Shown: positions 1 through 12,087, numbered from the stretch's first letter. The stretch is DNA of 64,000 bases from Phyllobates terribilis (GCF_046119375.1 NW_027362763.1:782006001-782070000), one strand, 5' to 3'. The notes: generated by a model not told the origin, from the letters alone. Program-made: numbers and translations.

Positions 1-2340
1 AAAGCAAAGCCACAAAACTTTAAAAAAATGAAAGCTGAGCTCTGATTGGTTGCTGTGGGCCACTCTCTTACACAGTTTGGAGGTCCAGTTGTGTCTATTT
101 TATACTTATAGGTAGGAGGCATCCATTATGTCTACTGTGCATGTGCGAACTGCCATTAAGGAACTACAATACGTATCCATGGGCAATGATGTAGGCCAAA
201 TCCTCTAGCATGACTATCATTTCAGGGGATGATATCCAAAGCAAAAAGAAAATGTTGAAATTGGTTACACTTGATAACTTTATATATTTTAGGATTTGCG
301 GTCACTGAGCAGATTGATATTGTAGGAATAACCCTTTAAGTTTATATTTGGACATTAACCAAAGTTCCAATATGCAAATTACTCAATTTATAACATGTAT
401 AGCAATCTGGAAAAACATCACTAAACTATACATTTCTCTCTCAGCCTGGGCTAAAAAAAAATAGAAATTCAAAAACCAAAAAGAACAACAAATAAAGAAA
501 TACATGTGTTAAAATGGATTCATAAGGGCCAAATAGGTCATCAATCATAATATTGTAGAGAGGGCAGAACAGTAACTAGAGCTGTGCCCTATAGTAAATG
601 GTTAGGTTCTGTCATATGTTAATGTCGTTCTGACGGTAAGAACAGATCAGGAACATTCTCAGCAAATATAATTATGGTTCCTGATTTACCATATGAAACC
701 CTGTCTCACTCTTCAAATGACAAAAATTTGACCCTAAAATAGTCTGAACACACCCAGTCCTAAGAGTATGTTCATACTGCGTCTTTTTGAGTCATTTTTA
801 AAGCGTCTCTGGAAAAAGCACCGTTCCAGCTCCCTGCACTACCACATTGACTGGAAGCAAGTGGCTACAGGGAGAATATGTCTTAATTTTCTCCCTGTAT
901 CCGCTCTTCTAGTAAATAACCCTAAAGCTATGTTCACATGTCCAGTAATCATCCGGTAAAATGGATCTACCAGCAATTTGTTGACAAATAAGTTGTGCAG
1001 ACACAACTTTTTTGTCCAGTTAAAAAAACTGGTTTCAATTGAATCAGGTTTTTTTAACATTAAAATCTATGTAAAATGGATCCATTAATTAGCCATGTGT
1101 TTCCTTCCATCTGACACTGATCCAGTAAGTAGAAAAATGGATCCTTTTCAAATGAAAGAAAAACTGATGGCTAATTAACGGATATGTTTTCCATAGATTT
1201 CAATGTTAAAAAAAAACGGATCCAGTTGAAATCATTTTTTTTTTTACCAGGACAAAACAGTTGTATCAGCACAACTTTCTCCACTTATGAGCCACTGCCC
1301 CATGCCAGTACGGTAACCCTTTAACGTACAGACCAAGAGGTTCAAAATCCCAGTCAGGACATTCCCTACCGTACAGACCCAGGGGGTTGACTTAAGTCAA
1401 TAAGTTGTCTGCAAACACTTACTAAATGCTTTGCCACCCCTCTGACGGAGCGTTCAGACAATTTAAAGGGAACCTGTCATATTGAAAATATCTGCTCTTA
1501 AAGGACGATGTAATAAAGCAGAGGGAGCTGATCAGATTGATCTACGTTTTTTTCAAGAAGAGTTTCAGTAAAACTTGTATTTTATACATTAAAATCCCGG
1601 GTGTTTTTATGAATACGAGTCCAGTGGGCGGTCCTACGCAGTGATTCACAGTCTTTCCTGTATGACTGTGCATCCAGTGATAGCTGACAAATCACTAGTA
1701 GAACCACCCACAGGACTCATGTATACAAACAGCAGGGATTTCAATGAATACATGACACTGAATTATACTGAATGTTTTCCTCTAACCTAAATATCATCAA
1801 TTTCTCCTCTATACTATGCTGTCCACAGATCGGCCTTCATGTGCAACGTGGCAACATCTCTTTAAGTAGCAGTTTAGAGCATATCTATGGCAGAGGAAGT
1901 TGTCCAGAACTGGATCTTAAAGGGTTAGTCCTGCTCCGCTCACTTCCACATGAGGAGAGCAGGTCAGGTGCCGATATCTTTCGGGACGCATGTGCAATCG
2001 GCAGACATTCATTAAAGTGGGATTCCGAAACCTCATGCTGCTTTTCACGGCATGACCACAGTGAGGAGGAGTCTGCATTGCCTGGTAGTCATGGCTAGTC
2101 CATTCAAAGCCCTTATGGCAGAGCTGACCACATAGACAAAGCATGGATCAGTTTGGCATATATTTGACCACCGCTCTCTTCATACTCCTCACTGCTTTGT
2201 TGCTAGATAGAAATATGATGTTTAGGCAGAGCTGAAGACCCTTATTTAATGATCATAGGGGTCCCAGCTGTGAAACCCCAAGTGATTATGCATTTATCAC
2301 AGAGGCTATCACCCCTGTTCATATTTGTATACAAACTCCT

Positions 2341-2695
2341 TAAATGGATTGTCCACTAGTAGAACAACCTCTTCTCCATCTGATTGTTTGCACCCGTTAA
2401 AATAAAAACACTTATACTCACCTCCTGTGCTGGCACCGTACCAGTGATGTTGGCACTCACGCTTACGGGGCTCTTGTGTGGTTGTTATGTCACATGAGCC
2501 CTTTGACCAATCAGCGCTGGCGTCACTGTCCCCGCTGTTGGCCAGCCGCAGATCTCACTTGAGCCCAGGGAACACAAGTGCCGACATCATTGGAACTGTG
2601 CTGGCACCGGAGGTGAGTATAGGTGTTTTTTTTTTCTAACAGGGGCAAATATTCAAATTGAGAAGGGGTTCTCCTAATAGTGGATAACATTTTAA
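2341..2695. mobile_element. T2/Kolobok-type MITE, same family as 56365-56854 (approximate ends)
   Basis: Inverted termini ...gtccactagtag / ctaatagtggataac; cttatactcacctcc and ggaggtgagtatagg inverted inner motifs; shares caatcagcgctggcgtcactgtccc core with the 56.4 kb copy. Confidence 0.6.
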
Positions 2696-2799
2696 CATTA
2701 AAGTTGCAACACCAAGAAGGAAAAGTCATGGAATTCTGTAAATCCCAGGAATAATAGATGTGTTAATTAATCAGGTATGAGTTCCACACGCAAAAATAC

Positions 2800-3830
2800 A
2801 CGCAGTTACACACCTTCCCATGTTATCAATGGGGTTATCAACGATTGCCTAAGGAATATACTGCTTCGCTGAAAGCATTCTAGCCCGAAAATCATCAAGA
2901 TCCGCTGCTGGCTGCTCCCATTGCAATTGTCAACCAACAGGAAACAAGTCTGGAGACGTTGCAGGCCATGTTATCACACATAGGACATGCAGGCTGCTCA
3001 CCGTAGCACGAGCGACATGTAGCTTGGGGTCCTCATGTTGAAAAATGGTTCCTAAAGACATGGCCATACCACTGGTTCCACAGTTGATCTATTCTGTACT
3101 GCATCTGAAATTGGACATCACACACCAAGCCTAAGGCTTCAAATAGTGTCTACATAAACCATAAGAATCCATTTGGACAACACGCCATCCAGATTTGGTG
3201 TTCCACTGACCACACACCACTGTTCTCAAAGGCTATCATGGTGCAGAGGAAGACTGGAATGGAGGTCTATGGTTTTTAGCGATGAGCCCTGCTTTTGTCT
3301 ACCAACAATGAAAGCCAGCATTTGGTTTTTAGCCTACTTAGCCAACGCTATGAAGAGGCCTTCACAAGGGAACCGTTTTTAATATCACAACTCAATGCCA
3401 CATCTTGCTCATGACACTGTGAGCATCCCACTTTAGTCTTGGACACAATGATAGCCAGAGATGGGTCTGGAGACCATGTGGGCAACACCATGAAGAGGCC
3501 TTCACAAGGGAACGTCACACCGGTCCTCCTCCAGGGATTATGGTGTGGGGTGGCATAGTGTATGTTAGCCGGACCTCGCTAGCCTTCATTCCAGATACAC
3601 TAACAGCTCGGTGTTACATTCATTTGATCTTGGATCCAGTGGTACGGCCATTTCTCCAAAGTGTCCCAGGAACCGTTTAACTACACAATGCCAGGACACA
3701 TGTTGCTTGTGGTACTGTGAGGAGCCTCCATGGCCTAACCGTGCTACCATGGCTGCAGCGTCACCAGACTAGTCTCCTTTCAAGCACATCTGGGATGTCA
3801 TTGGTCGGCAATTGCAAAGTAATCTGCTAG
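2800..3830 (+). mobile_element. Degenerate Tc1 transposase relic (approximate ends)
   Basis: Broken motifs VFSDEPCFCL (DESRF-like), IMVWGGI, NARTH and a decayed HIWDVIGRQL; many stops and frameshifts. Confidence 0.6.
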
Positions 3831-4074
3831 CATACCAATCTCTGTGCGATTGTATTCCATATTGAATAAATAGAGATATTTTGAATATTTTGTCTCTCCC
3901 TTTTTTTCCTCCTTACCATATCTACCGATCCTGTGAGTTCCGTAATTCCAGGACTGATCCCTTTTTGGTGGTGTCGCAATTTTAACATTGAGCAGGAATG
4001 TATATACATCATTGTAACATTTCTATATACTGATCACCATCATCCCCACTTACTGACTCATATATATATGTATC

Positions 4075-5143
4075 TGTGGCACCCCAGGGGTCTGGTTTCC
4101 ACAGTAACAAGCAATGTTATGTCTGAGAGCAGGTGGGAGGTCTCTTGGTCAGGAATCCTATGCATGCCACACCTCCTGCCCAGTCCTGGGAGGGGAAGGA
4201 CTTCCCCTATATAAACCTGGGGCTGAGGCAGGGTTAGAGAGTTCAGAGGGAGAGATCAGCCAGGAGGGCTGACAGGGAGCTGTGGCTCCGGCTGGGCCCA
4301 GCTCCTGGGCCATGCCAGAAGTAGAGACAGAGAAGAGAGGCAGCTATGGGAAGAACAACAGGAGCTCTGTGGGAGCAGTGTTACAAGGAGTCAGGGGCTG
4401 GCAGCTGCAGAGCTCGCCCTGACAGAGAAGATTTCTTACCGGACCCGGAGTCCGAGGCTGTGGGGACTAACTCCTACCCAGCAGCAGAATCCGTCAGGCA
4501 GGGGATTTCAGGTCCTCTGGCCAAGAAACCCGAAGGCACGGTCACACGCATGGGACCAGCACCGCCGTCGTGGAGCGGAAGCTACTAGAAGGCCCCGAGT
4601 CACCGGCCATACGGGTGAGCACCACACGGTACACTCAGGGACGTGGGCTACTTATACTCGCTTCTAGCAAGGTAGCCAGAAGAGTACAGTTAGTTTGGGA
4701 GGCCTACAACTCCGCCTGGCTAGGGGAGATCCCATCTGCTCAAGGACTGACCAGGCCCCAATCGCTAGCCAGTACTCCGGGAGGGTCTATCTTTGTCACC
4801 AGTAAAGACCCTGAACTACACCGTACCGTCTCCGAGTGGTTCCTGCTACCCCCATCATTCACGTCGGCTGCCCTGAGGCCATACCCCTCCCGTTGGGGGT
4901 GATACTATCACGCTGCACAATCCTACCACCGGCCTCAGCGGTCTGCCCTGCAGCGGCAGCTCCTTCGCTGCATTCAACGGGTGGCGTAGTCGTCCAACAT
5001 CTACCGCTAATACATCGCCGCTCAGTTTGACTCCCTGGGCACGGACCGGGTCACCGCCACGAGACTACAACCCTCAACAGATCCGGCTCCGGGTAAGCTC
5101 CCGTGCGCGCGATGCCGTGCGACGAAGGCCCAGGGGTGCGTCA
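4075..5143 (+). repeat. 5' LTR
   Basis: TGTGGC...GCGTCA; TATATAAA at 4208-4215; followed by the PBS. Confidence 0.93.
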
Positions 5144-5148
5144 ACTTT

Positions 5149-5166
5149 TGGCGTAGTCGGCAGGAT
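5149..5166 (+). other. Primer-binding site complementary to the tRNA-Ser 3' end
   Basis: TGGCGTAGTCGGCAGGAT is the reverse complement of the vertebrate tRNA-Ser(AGA/TGA) end ATCCTGCCGACTACG-CCA; starts 6 nt after the LTR. Confidence 0.88.
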
Positions 5167-5235
5167 TTCGTGCCCGCAACCACCGGGTACTGCGTGCCTG
5201 AAAAAGACTGTTCAAACTTACCTGTGGTGAAGATT

Positions 5236-5360
5236 CCCGCCATCCGGCGCCATCTTCCGCTTCCTTCCCGCCATCGGTGGAGTTTTCCCGCCATCCGGCG
5301 CCATCTTCAGCCTTCTTCCCGCCATACGTGGAGTTTTCCCGCCATTGGACGCCATCTTGA
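5236..5360 (+). repeat. 51-bp tandem repeat (about 2.5-3 copies) in the LTR-element leader
   Basis: CGCCATCTT recurs at 5248, 5299 and 5350 (period 51). Confidence 0.8.
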
Positions 5361-5584
5361 GGACGCCGCGCGGGAAGAAGAGGGGCGTGGACTCTGAAAG
5401 CGCGCGAGAACTGAAGCCCCGCCTCACGTCCGGACGTTGCGTAAGGTCCTGGAAGGAGCCCAGCAGACGCCGACGTCACAGGAGCGCGACGGAAGGTCCT
5501 CAACCCTGACGATCCACTGCGGAGCCGCGGCCTACGGAAGAGGATCATCGCAAGGTAGGCCACGGTCCACTAGGGGGGAGGAAG

Positions 5585-5986
5585 ATGTCGGATCCGGAGG
5601 AGAGCTTCACTGCCTCAACCCCCGCCAGCGCCACCGCTGCTGCAGTCATGCCTTTCACCATGCCCTATATCCCGGGAGCGGCCTGGCTACCCCAGTACTC
5701 AGGGGAGTCACATACCCTGCATGACTTTAGAGAAAAGCTGGATAGCCTCTTCCAGGTGTATCCCCTCACAGAAGAGCAAAAAGTGAGCATCCTGGTGGCC
5801 CAATTAACCGGGGCAGCCCAAAGGGAGGTAAAGTCCTGGCCACCTGGGAGGAGGACTGTCGCAGAGATACTAACCCAGCTAACCGAGGAGGAGCTGCAGT
5901 ACTACCAATACGAGGAAAGCCAAGAGGACCCGGACGGGTCTGAGGACTACCCTCAGGAGGGAGCACAAAGAGGACATAGCTACTGA
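5585..5986 (+). pseudogene. Truncated retrotransposon gag (capsid/PNMA-like N-terminal part), 133 aa
   Basis: ATG ORF after the PBS; LPQYSGE...FREKLDSLFQVYPLTEEQKVSILVAQLTGAA resembles Gypsy gag/PNMA capsid; the tail looks like a deletion junction. Confidence 0.65.
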
Positions 5987-6096
5987 AGGGAAGTAGCGTG
6001 AATAAAGAGCTGTACATAGTTACCCGTTAGGGTACAAGGACTGCTGCTAATTAAAATATGGTCCCCGTTGGGATTAGTGAATTGTTCCCCGTGTGT

Positions 6097-6210
6097 CCCT
6101 ATCCCTTACCAGGCTGAGGACTGTGAGCAGCCATCCCCTATCCCTTACCAGGCTGAGGACTGTGAGCAGCCAATCCTTATCCCCACTGGCCGAGGACTGA
6201 GAGCGGCCAT
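6097..6210 (+). repeat. 39-bp tandem duplication (about 3 copies) in the LTR-element internal region
   Basis: ccctatcccttaccaggctgaggactgtgagcagccat at 6097 and 6136, with a degenerate third copy. Confidence 0.8.
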
Positions 6211-6525
6211 ATCCTGTAAATAATTATGTGTTTCTAGTAATTTATAGGAGTCCTTGGTGGATTTACCGGGAATCCTTTGTACAGTTAGTGGAGCGTAACC
6301 CAGGATGGACTAAAAGACTGTTAAGGACTCGGGGAGGACAGACCCCTACCTGGTTACGTCTCCCTGTTTTGGTGAGATGGACACCTTTGTTTTCTTCAAA
6401 GACTGCACCCGGTTGCGGACACACCGTGACCATCTTTATGTGTTTTTCTTATTGTATTATTATTGTTTATACCTTGTTATGTTTTTTCTAAAAATATGTT
6501 TAGTCCCGGAGTACTAAATTTCACT

Positions 6526-6534
6526 AGGGGGGAA
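6526..6534 (+). other. Polypurine tract
   Basis: AGGGGGGAA directly abutting the TG of the 3' LTR. Confidence 0.8.
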
Positions 6535-7603
6535 TGTGGCACCCCAGGGGTCTGGTTTCCACAGTAACAAGCAATGTTATGTCTGAGAGCAAGTGGGAGG
6601 TCTCTTGGTCAGGAATCCTATGCATGCCACACCTCCTGCCCAGTCCTGGGAGGGGAAGGACTTCCCCTATATAAACTTGGGGCTGAGGCAGGGTTAGAGA
6701 GTTCAGAGGGAGAGATCAGCCAGGAGGGCTGACAGGGAGCTGTGGCTCCAGCTGGGCCCAGCTCCTGGGCCATGCCAGAAGTAGAGACAGAGAAGAGAGG
6801 CAGCTATGGGAAGAACAACAGGAGCTCTGTGGGAGCAGTGTTACAAGGAGTCAGGGGCTGGCAGCTGCAGAGCTCGCCCTGACAGAGAAGATTTCTTACC
6901 GGACCCGGAGTCCGAGGCTGTGGGGACTAACTCCTACCCAGCAGCAGAATCCGTCAGGCAGGGGATTTCAGGTCCTCTGGCCAAGAAACCCGAAGGCACG
7001 GTCACACGCATGGGACCAGCACCGCCGTCGTGGAGCGGAAGCTACTAGAAGGCCCCGAGTCACCGGCCATACGGGTGAGCACCACACAGTACACTCAGGG
7101 ACGTGGGCTACTTATACTCGCTTCTAGCAAGGTAGCCAGAAGAGTACAGTTAGTTTGGGAGGCCTACAACTCCGCCTGGCTAGGGGAGATCCCATCTGCT
7201 CAAGGACTGACCAGGCCCCAATCGCTAGCCAGTACTCCGGGAGGGTCTATCTTTGTCACCAGTAAAGACCCTGAACTACACCGTACCGTCTCTGAGTGGT
7301 TCCTGCTACCCCCATCATTCACGTCGGCTGCCCTGAGGCCATACCCCTCCCGTTGGGGGTGATACTATCACGCTGCACAATCCTACCACCGGCCTCAGCG
7401 GTCTGCCCTGCAGCGGCAGCTCCTTCGCTGCATTCAACGGGTGGCGTAGTCGTCCAACATCTACCGCTAATACATCGCCGCTCAGTTTGACTCCCTGGGC
7501 ACGGACCGGGTCACCGCCACGAGACTACAACCCTCAACAGATCTGGCTCCGGGTAAGCTCCCGTGCGCGCGATGCCGCGCGACGAAGGCCCAGGGGTGCG
7601 TCA
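6535..7603 (+). repeat. 3' LTR
   Basis: About 99.3% identical to the 5' LTR; TATATAAA at 6668-6675. Confidence 0.93.
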
Positions 7604-7820
7604 TATCTGCAGTGTCAGTGTGGTGTTTTTGGGGATGATGGTAATCAATAAATTTACATTTTACAGTGATGTATATACAATGATAAATTATGTATATTGC
7701 CAGCTGCAGACCTGCCACCTGCCTATAAGAAATACATAGGACCCCCAGATCGTATAACAGTAGGGGCCATTGTTTCTATAGATCTATCTCCTTATCATCG
7801 ACAGCTCGGCCTTCTTCCGA

Positions 7821-7911
7821 CCAATCAGAGACGTCCTCTCATAGCACTCAGCTCTGGATGCCGATGAGACGCGGTCACCTATTGGCTGGCTGCCCTGACA
7901 TTGGCAATTGG
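7821..7911 (+). promoter_or_regulatory. Putative GPR75 proximal promoter (CCAAT-box cluster)
   Basis: CCAAT at 7821 and ATTGG at 7881, 7900 and 7907, at the start of a CpG-richer stretch upstream of GPR75. Confidence 0.4.
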
Positions 7912-8485
7912 TTGTGAGTGGGGAGCGGGGCTGCGCTGGCTGCAGCGGGCAATGTAGTGCACGGTCCTCCGGTCTCCGGTCCGCTGCATCCATCTGTCAT
8001 CCAGCGGTGGACAACGGCACTACCGCAAGGTATGAAGGCTGCCGCATGACGCGATCGCCCATAGAGCGCCATGTTCTGCCAGCATCCCTGCAGAGCCTCA
8101 TCCCATCATAGATCAGCGCAGCTATTTGGCTGTAAATGGGCCCTGCAACTAGAGGGAGGCTGCTGCTGATGGTGGTGGTGGTGATGATAGTGGAGGAGGG
8201 TTCATGTGATGCAGGGGAGGACTGACCACAGCCTGGTGCTGATGATGGGGGTTGTTGTGATGTTGTGATAAAATGGAGTCTTGTGTTGTAGGTGACATGG
8301 AAATCCTGCAGCAGCCGGAGCATTGCATGTGAGGAGGAGCAGTATACAGTATATACTCCTGCCATGGCTCGTTGCATCCGTGTATTTGTGGCCGGCCGGC
8401 TCCTGCACATCGGCATTCATCCTGGCCTGCAGTAAGGCTCTCTGAAGACGGCTGCCTGCTTCATGCACTTTCCTGGGAGAGCGGA

Positions 8486-8635
8486 CCTTCTCCGGGGCTA
8501 CACCTGCTCCGTTGCCCTTCTCCGGGGCTACACCCGCACCGTCGCCCTTAATCGGGGCTACACCTGCACCATCGCCCTTCTCCAGGGCTACACCCGCACC
8601 GTCACCCTTCTTCGGGGCTACACCCGCACCGTCGC
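8486..8635 (+). repeat. 30-bp minisatellite, 5 copies, in the GPR75 5' leader
   Basis: Unit ccttctccggggctacacccgcaccgtcgc x5, ending 26 nt before the ATG. Confidence 0.92.
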
Positions 8636-8661
8636 CCTCCTGGATCACGTCAGTATTAACC

Positions 8662-10275
8662 ATGAATTTATCAGACAGAATGACAGATTTTGCAGATCAG
8701 ACCAGATATGATTATGTCAACAGCACCTCAGTGTCTCACGTCAGCAACGGGACGCTGAGGGACATCCAGCAGATCATCCACACCGCCACGCTTGTCATCT
8801 GCACCTTCCTGCTGGTCATTATCTTCTGCCTGGGTTCCTACGGGAACTTAGTGGTGTTTTTGTCTTTTTTCGATCCGGCCTTTAGGAAGTTTCGGACAAA
8901 CTTTGACTTCATGATCCTGAACTTGTCCTTCTGCGACCTCTTTATCTGTTGCATCTCTGCTCCCATGTTTGCTTTCGTCTTGTTTTTCGACACCGGCAGT
9001 AATGTTCCTGACGCTTTTTGCTTTACTTTTCATCTCACCAGTTCTGGATTTATTATTATGTCTTTAAAAACGGTCGCCGTGATCGCTCTTCACCGACTGC
9101 GGATGGTCCTGGGGCAGCAGCCCAACCGGACGGCCTCCTTCCCCTGCACTTTAATGCTCACGGTTCTCCTGTGGACCACCAGCTTTACCCTGGCCACATT
9201 GGCTACACTGAGGACACGGAAATCGCGGATCTGCCTGCCTATGTACAGCTTGATTAGCGGAGAGGGGAAAATTATCCTGTATTTGTATGTGATAGATTTT
9301 ACCTTCTGTGTTGCCGTGGTGTCAGCCTCGTACATCATGATTGCCCAGGCATTGAGAAAAAATGCCCAGGTGAGGAAGTGTCCTATCATCACGGTGGACA
9401 CTACCAGACCTCAACCCTTCATCACCCCCGGAGTGGATGGGGTACAGTGTGCCGTCCCTGCTTTATACAGGAACCAGAACTACAATAAACTTCAGCACGT
9501 CCAGACGCACGCCTACACAAAAAAACTGAGCCAAATGCCCGTGCCGGCCAGCAGACTACAGCTGGTGTCGGCTGTCAACCTGTCCACCGCCAAGGACTCC
9601 AAAGCCGTGGTGACGTGTGTGGTCATTGTATTATCTGTCCTCATCTGCTGCCTGCCGCTGGGCATTTCTTTGGTCCAAGATGTGTTGACGAACAGCAGCA
9701 GCTTCATCCTGTACCAGTTTGAGCTTTGTGGGTTCACACTGATCTTTTTGAAGTCGGGATTGAACCCATTCATCTACTCCCGTAACAGCGCCGGCTTGAG
9801 GAGGAGGGTGCTGTGGTGCATCCAGTACGTCGCCCTTGGCTTTCTATGCTGCAAACAAAAAACAAGACTGCGAGCTATGGGCAAAGGCAGCTTGGAGGTG
9901 AACCGAAATAAGTCCTCTCACCATGAAACCAACTCTGCTTATATGTTGTCGCCAAAACCCCAAAAAAAGTTTGTGGACCAAGCGTGCGGCCCAAGCCATT
10001 CAAAAGACAGTATCCTGAGCCCTAAGGGATCAGGGGGGCACCAGCACTATGCCCAAAGCAGTTCTACTCCCATCAATACCCGCATAGAGCCCTACTATAG
10101 CATCTATAACAGTAGCCCCTCCCAAGAAATAAGTACCCCCAACAGCCTGCAACCCGTCAACTCCACCTTCGGATTTGCCAAATCCTATATTGCCATGCAT
10201 TATCACACCACAAATGACTTAATGCAAGAGTGTGAGACCACTTCTGCCAAGCAGATCCCCGTGCCATCTGTCTGA
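8662..10275 (+). CDS. GPR75: G protein-coupled receptor 75 (class A 7TM), 537 aa, single coding exon
   Basis: [13 protein letters not shown]...[44 protein letters not shown] and C-terminal AKQIPVPSV match vertebrate GPR75. The ORF-track start at 8512 is a TTG; the first in-frame ATG (AACCATGA) is at 8662. Confidence 0.97.
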   Translation: MNLSDRMTDFADQTRYDYVNSTSVSHVSNGTLRDIQQIIHTATLVICTFLLVIIFCLGSYGNLVVFLSFFDPAFRKFRTNFDFMILNLSFCDLFICCISAPMFAFVLFFDTGSNVPDAFCFTFHLTSSGFIIMSLKTVAVIALHRLRMVLGQQPNRTASFPCTLMLTVLLWTTSFTLATLATLRTRKSRICLPMYSLISGEGKIILYLYVIDFTFCVAVVSASYIMIAQALRKNAQVRKCPIITVDTTRPQPFITPGVDGVQCAVPALYRNQNYNKLQHVQTHAYTKKLSQMPVPASRLQLVSAVNLSTAKDSKAVVTCVVIVLSVLICCLPLGISLVQDVLTNSSSFILYQFELCGFTLIFLKSGLNPFIYSRNSAGLRRRVLWCIQYVALGFLCCKQKTRLRAMGKGSLEVNRNKSSHHETNSAYMLSPKPQKKFVDQACGPSHSKDSILSPKGSGGHQHYAQSSSTPINTRIEPYYSIYNSSPSQEISTPNSLQPVNSTFGFAKSYIAMHYHTTNDLMQECETTSAKQIPVPSV

Positions 10276-11704
10276 CAGCCGGGCTACTGGAATATGCATC
10301 TTGGAAGCATTTTATTAAACTTGCCATAAAGTTTTAGGTTTACAGTTTACAGTTTCATAAGTATTATAGGACTCAATGTACAAAAAGATATTTTTCATAA
10401 AACTTAACACTTCCCGATAACAAGAAGAACTACTTTTTTTTTATTCTTTAGTTTGCATTTGGGGATCCGACCATTGCACCATTTCTCATTTTTGTAAGTC
10501 TATGATCTGAGCACTGTTATTGGATGCGATTTTAGTCCGTGTCACACAACATATACAACATGTTCATGTTATTATCTCTGGATCTTCTGCATTATCGGGG
10601 TGTTGGGGCGTCATTAGCATTATTCCCGATGGGTTTGGAGTATGAGGTGAACAGACATTTGGGAAAGTGACCTTCAGTGTTTGATAGATAGATAGAACGG
10701 GGTAAATGAGTTTTTTATTATTAATATGTATTTTTGTACTAGATGTAAAATATGTTTAATTGTGAGCAAATATTTTGGGGGAAAGTTTTGTAAGAAGATA
10801 GTAATGATTTTAAATATTTGCGGCAGTCTTATCATTGTGAAAAAAAAATTGTATTCTGTTATCTCGCTCATGATTAAACAGATGCAATACTGCAAATTAA
10901 TCATCCATCTTTTTATGCGACTCGTAGCAAGACATGTTGTAATTAACGTAACACTCCAGCTATTTTTTTTGCACATATTATGCTAACTCTCCAGCAATGT
11001 TGTATATTGTTATATCCCTGCTCAGTTACATCCTTATAGGCCAAGGATACCTTTGACGTCGGAAACATTATTTATACGTTAGTGGTTACATTTAGTTAAT
11101 ACAATTGCACCAAGTTTCAGTCAGCAATCTTCATTTATTCATTTTCAGACCTCCCGATATGTAGTTTGCAGACTGATCCAAGTTTCAGATTTTTCCTTTT
11201 GTAGGAGTGTCTCTCTAAATAATATAGGCAGGATGTCAGCTCTCTGTGTATCCAGGGTGCTATTGTCTTTACTTGCTTTCACGTATCAGAACAGCTCCAA
11301 TACGTCACTTATTTCCTCTTCTTTTGCTTTCCTCTTTGTCAATAGCCTATTTTGTCTGCCCTCCCTGAGATACTTTCTCCCCTTTCCACTTCAAATCTGT
11401 GAACAACCCTCTCTCCCTGCCTCCTGCTATCTTCAAAGATAGAGAGAGCTATGAGGAGCTCTAGTGGATTTGTATTTTATTTGCAGATCTCTTGTTTAGA
11501 AAATGGACTTACAGATACTGAAGCCACAAAATACTAGAACATTTTTAATGAAGACTATTTAGAAAGTTACTTACCTTTGTTCTCAGGAATCAAATAAAGT
11601 GTTTAAATAAATCTGTGGGAAGGTGTACATAGCCTTTAGATATTGAACCCTATCATTATATGGCTGTGTCATATAATCTCCAGTCTAGCAACCAGACAAT
11701 GTCT

Positions 11705-12087
11705 GCCTATGTTCACACGTTACGTTTTTGCTGCGTTTTTTATTCAAATTAAAAGCTGCAGTACCAGCAAAAGCTATGAGATTTCAGAAATCTCATGCAC
11801 ACACATTGTTTTTTTTTTCCTGACTGAATTGGAAAACTGATGCATTATTGCAGCACGTCACTTCTTTCAGCTTTTTTTCATCCATAGAAAGCAACTAGTA
11901 AGTGCAAATACGCAGTAAAACACACGTGTCAGGTTTTGCTGCATTTTTGGTGCAGAAAACTCAGGAACAACAGGCACTAAACTGTATCAGCATGAAAAAC
12001 GCAGCAAAACTGCTTTTCTTAAGCAGCTTCATTACTGCCAAGAGCAGGTTTTGCTGCAGAAAAAAGACACAGCGTGTGAACATAGAC
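11705..12087. mobile_element. PIF/Harbinger-type MITE
   Basis: TIRs gcctatgttcacacg / cgtgtgaacatagac, followed by TAA. Confidence 0.65.

Larger units (their letters stand above)
4075..7603 (+). mobile_element. Non-autonomous, internally deleted Ty3/Gypsy-type LTR retrotransposon
   Basis: Two 1069-bp direct repeats with TG...CA ends (4075-5143, 6535-7603), 7 mismatches; 4-bp TSD TATC (4071-4074, 7604-7607); tRNA-Ser PBS; PPT; truncated gag; no pol. Confidence 0.93.

Noticed and set aside
1-760. PSME4 terminal exons expected upstream of GPR75 by mammalian synteny
   Set aside because: No PSME4-like peptide or exon was found in the window.
4346-5030. ORFs duplicated at 4346-5030 and 6806-7490
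   Set aside because: They lie within the LTRs; the duplication reflects LTR identity, not genes.
5149-5166. tRNA gene
   Set aside because: Only the 18-nt complement of a tRNA 3' end (PBS); no cloverleaf.
8512-8661. 587-aa GPR75 start as given by the ORF track
   Set aside because: The start codon is TTG inside the VNTR; the homology-consistent ATG with good Kozak context is 8662. Kept only as a hypothesis under findings.
8202-8663. 153-aa minus-strand ORF with GDGAGVAP repeats
   Set aside because: It is the antisense reading of the 30-bp repeat; no independent support.
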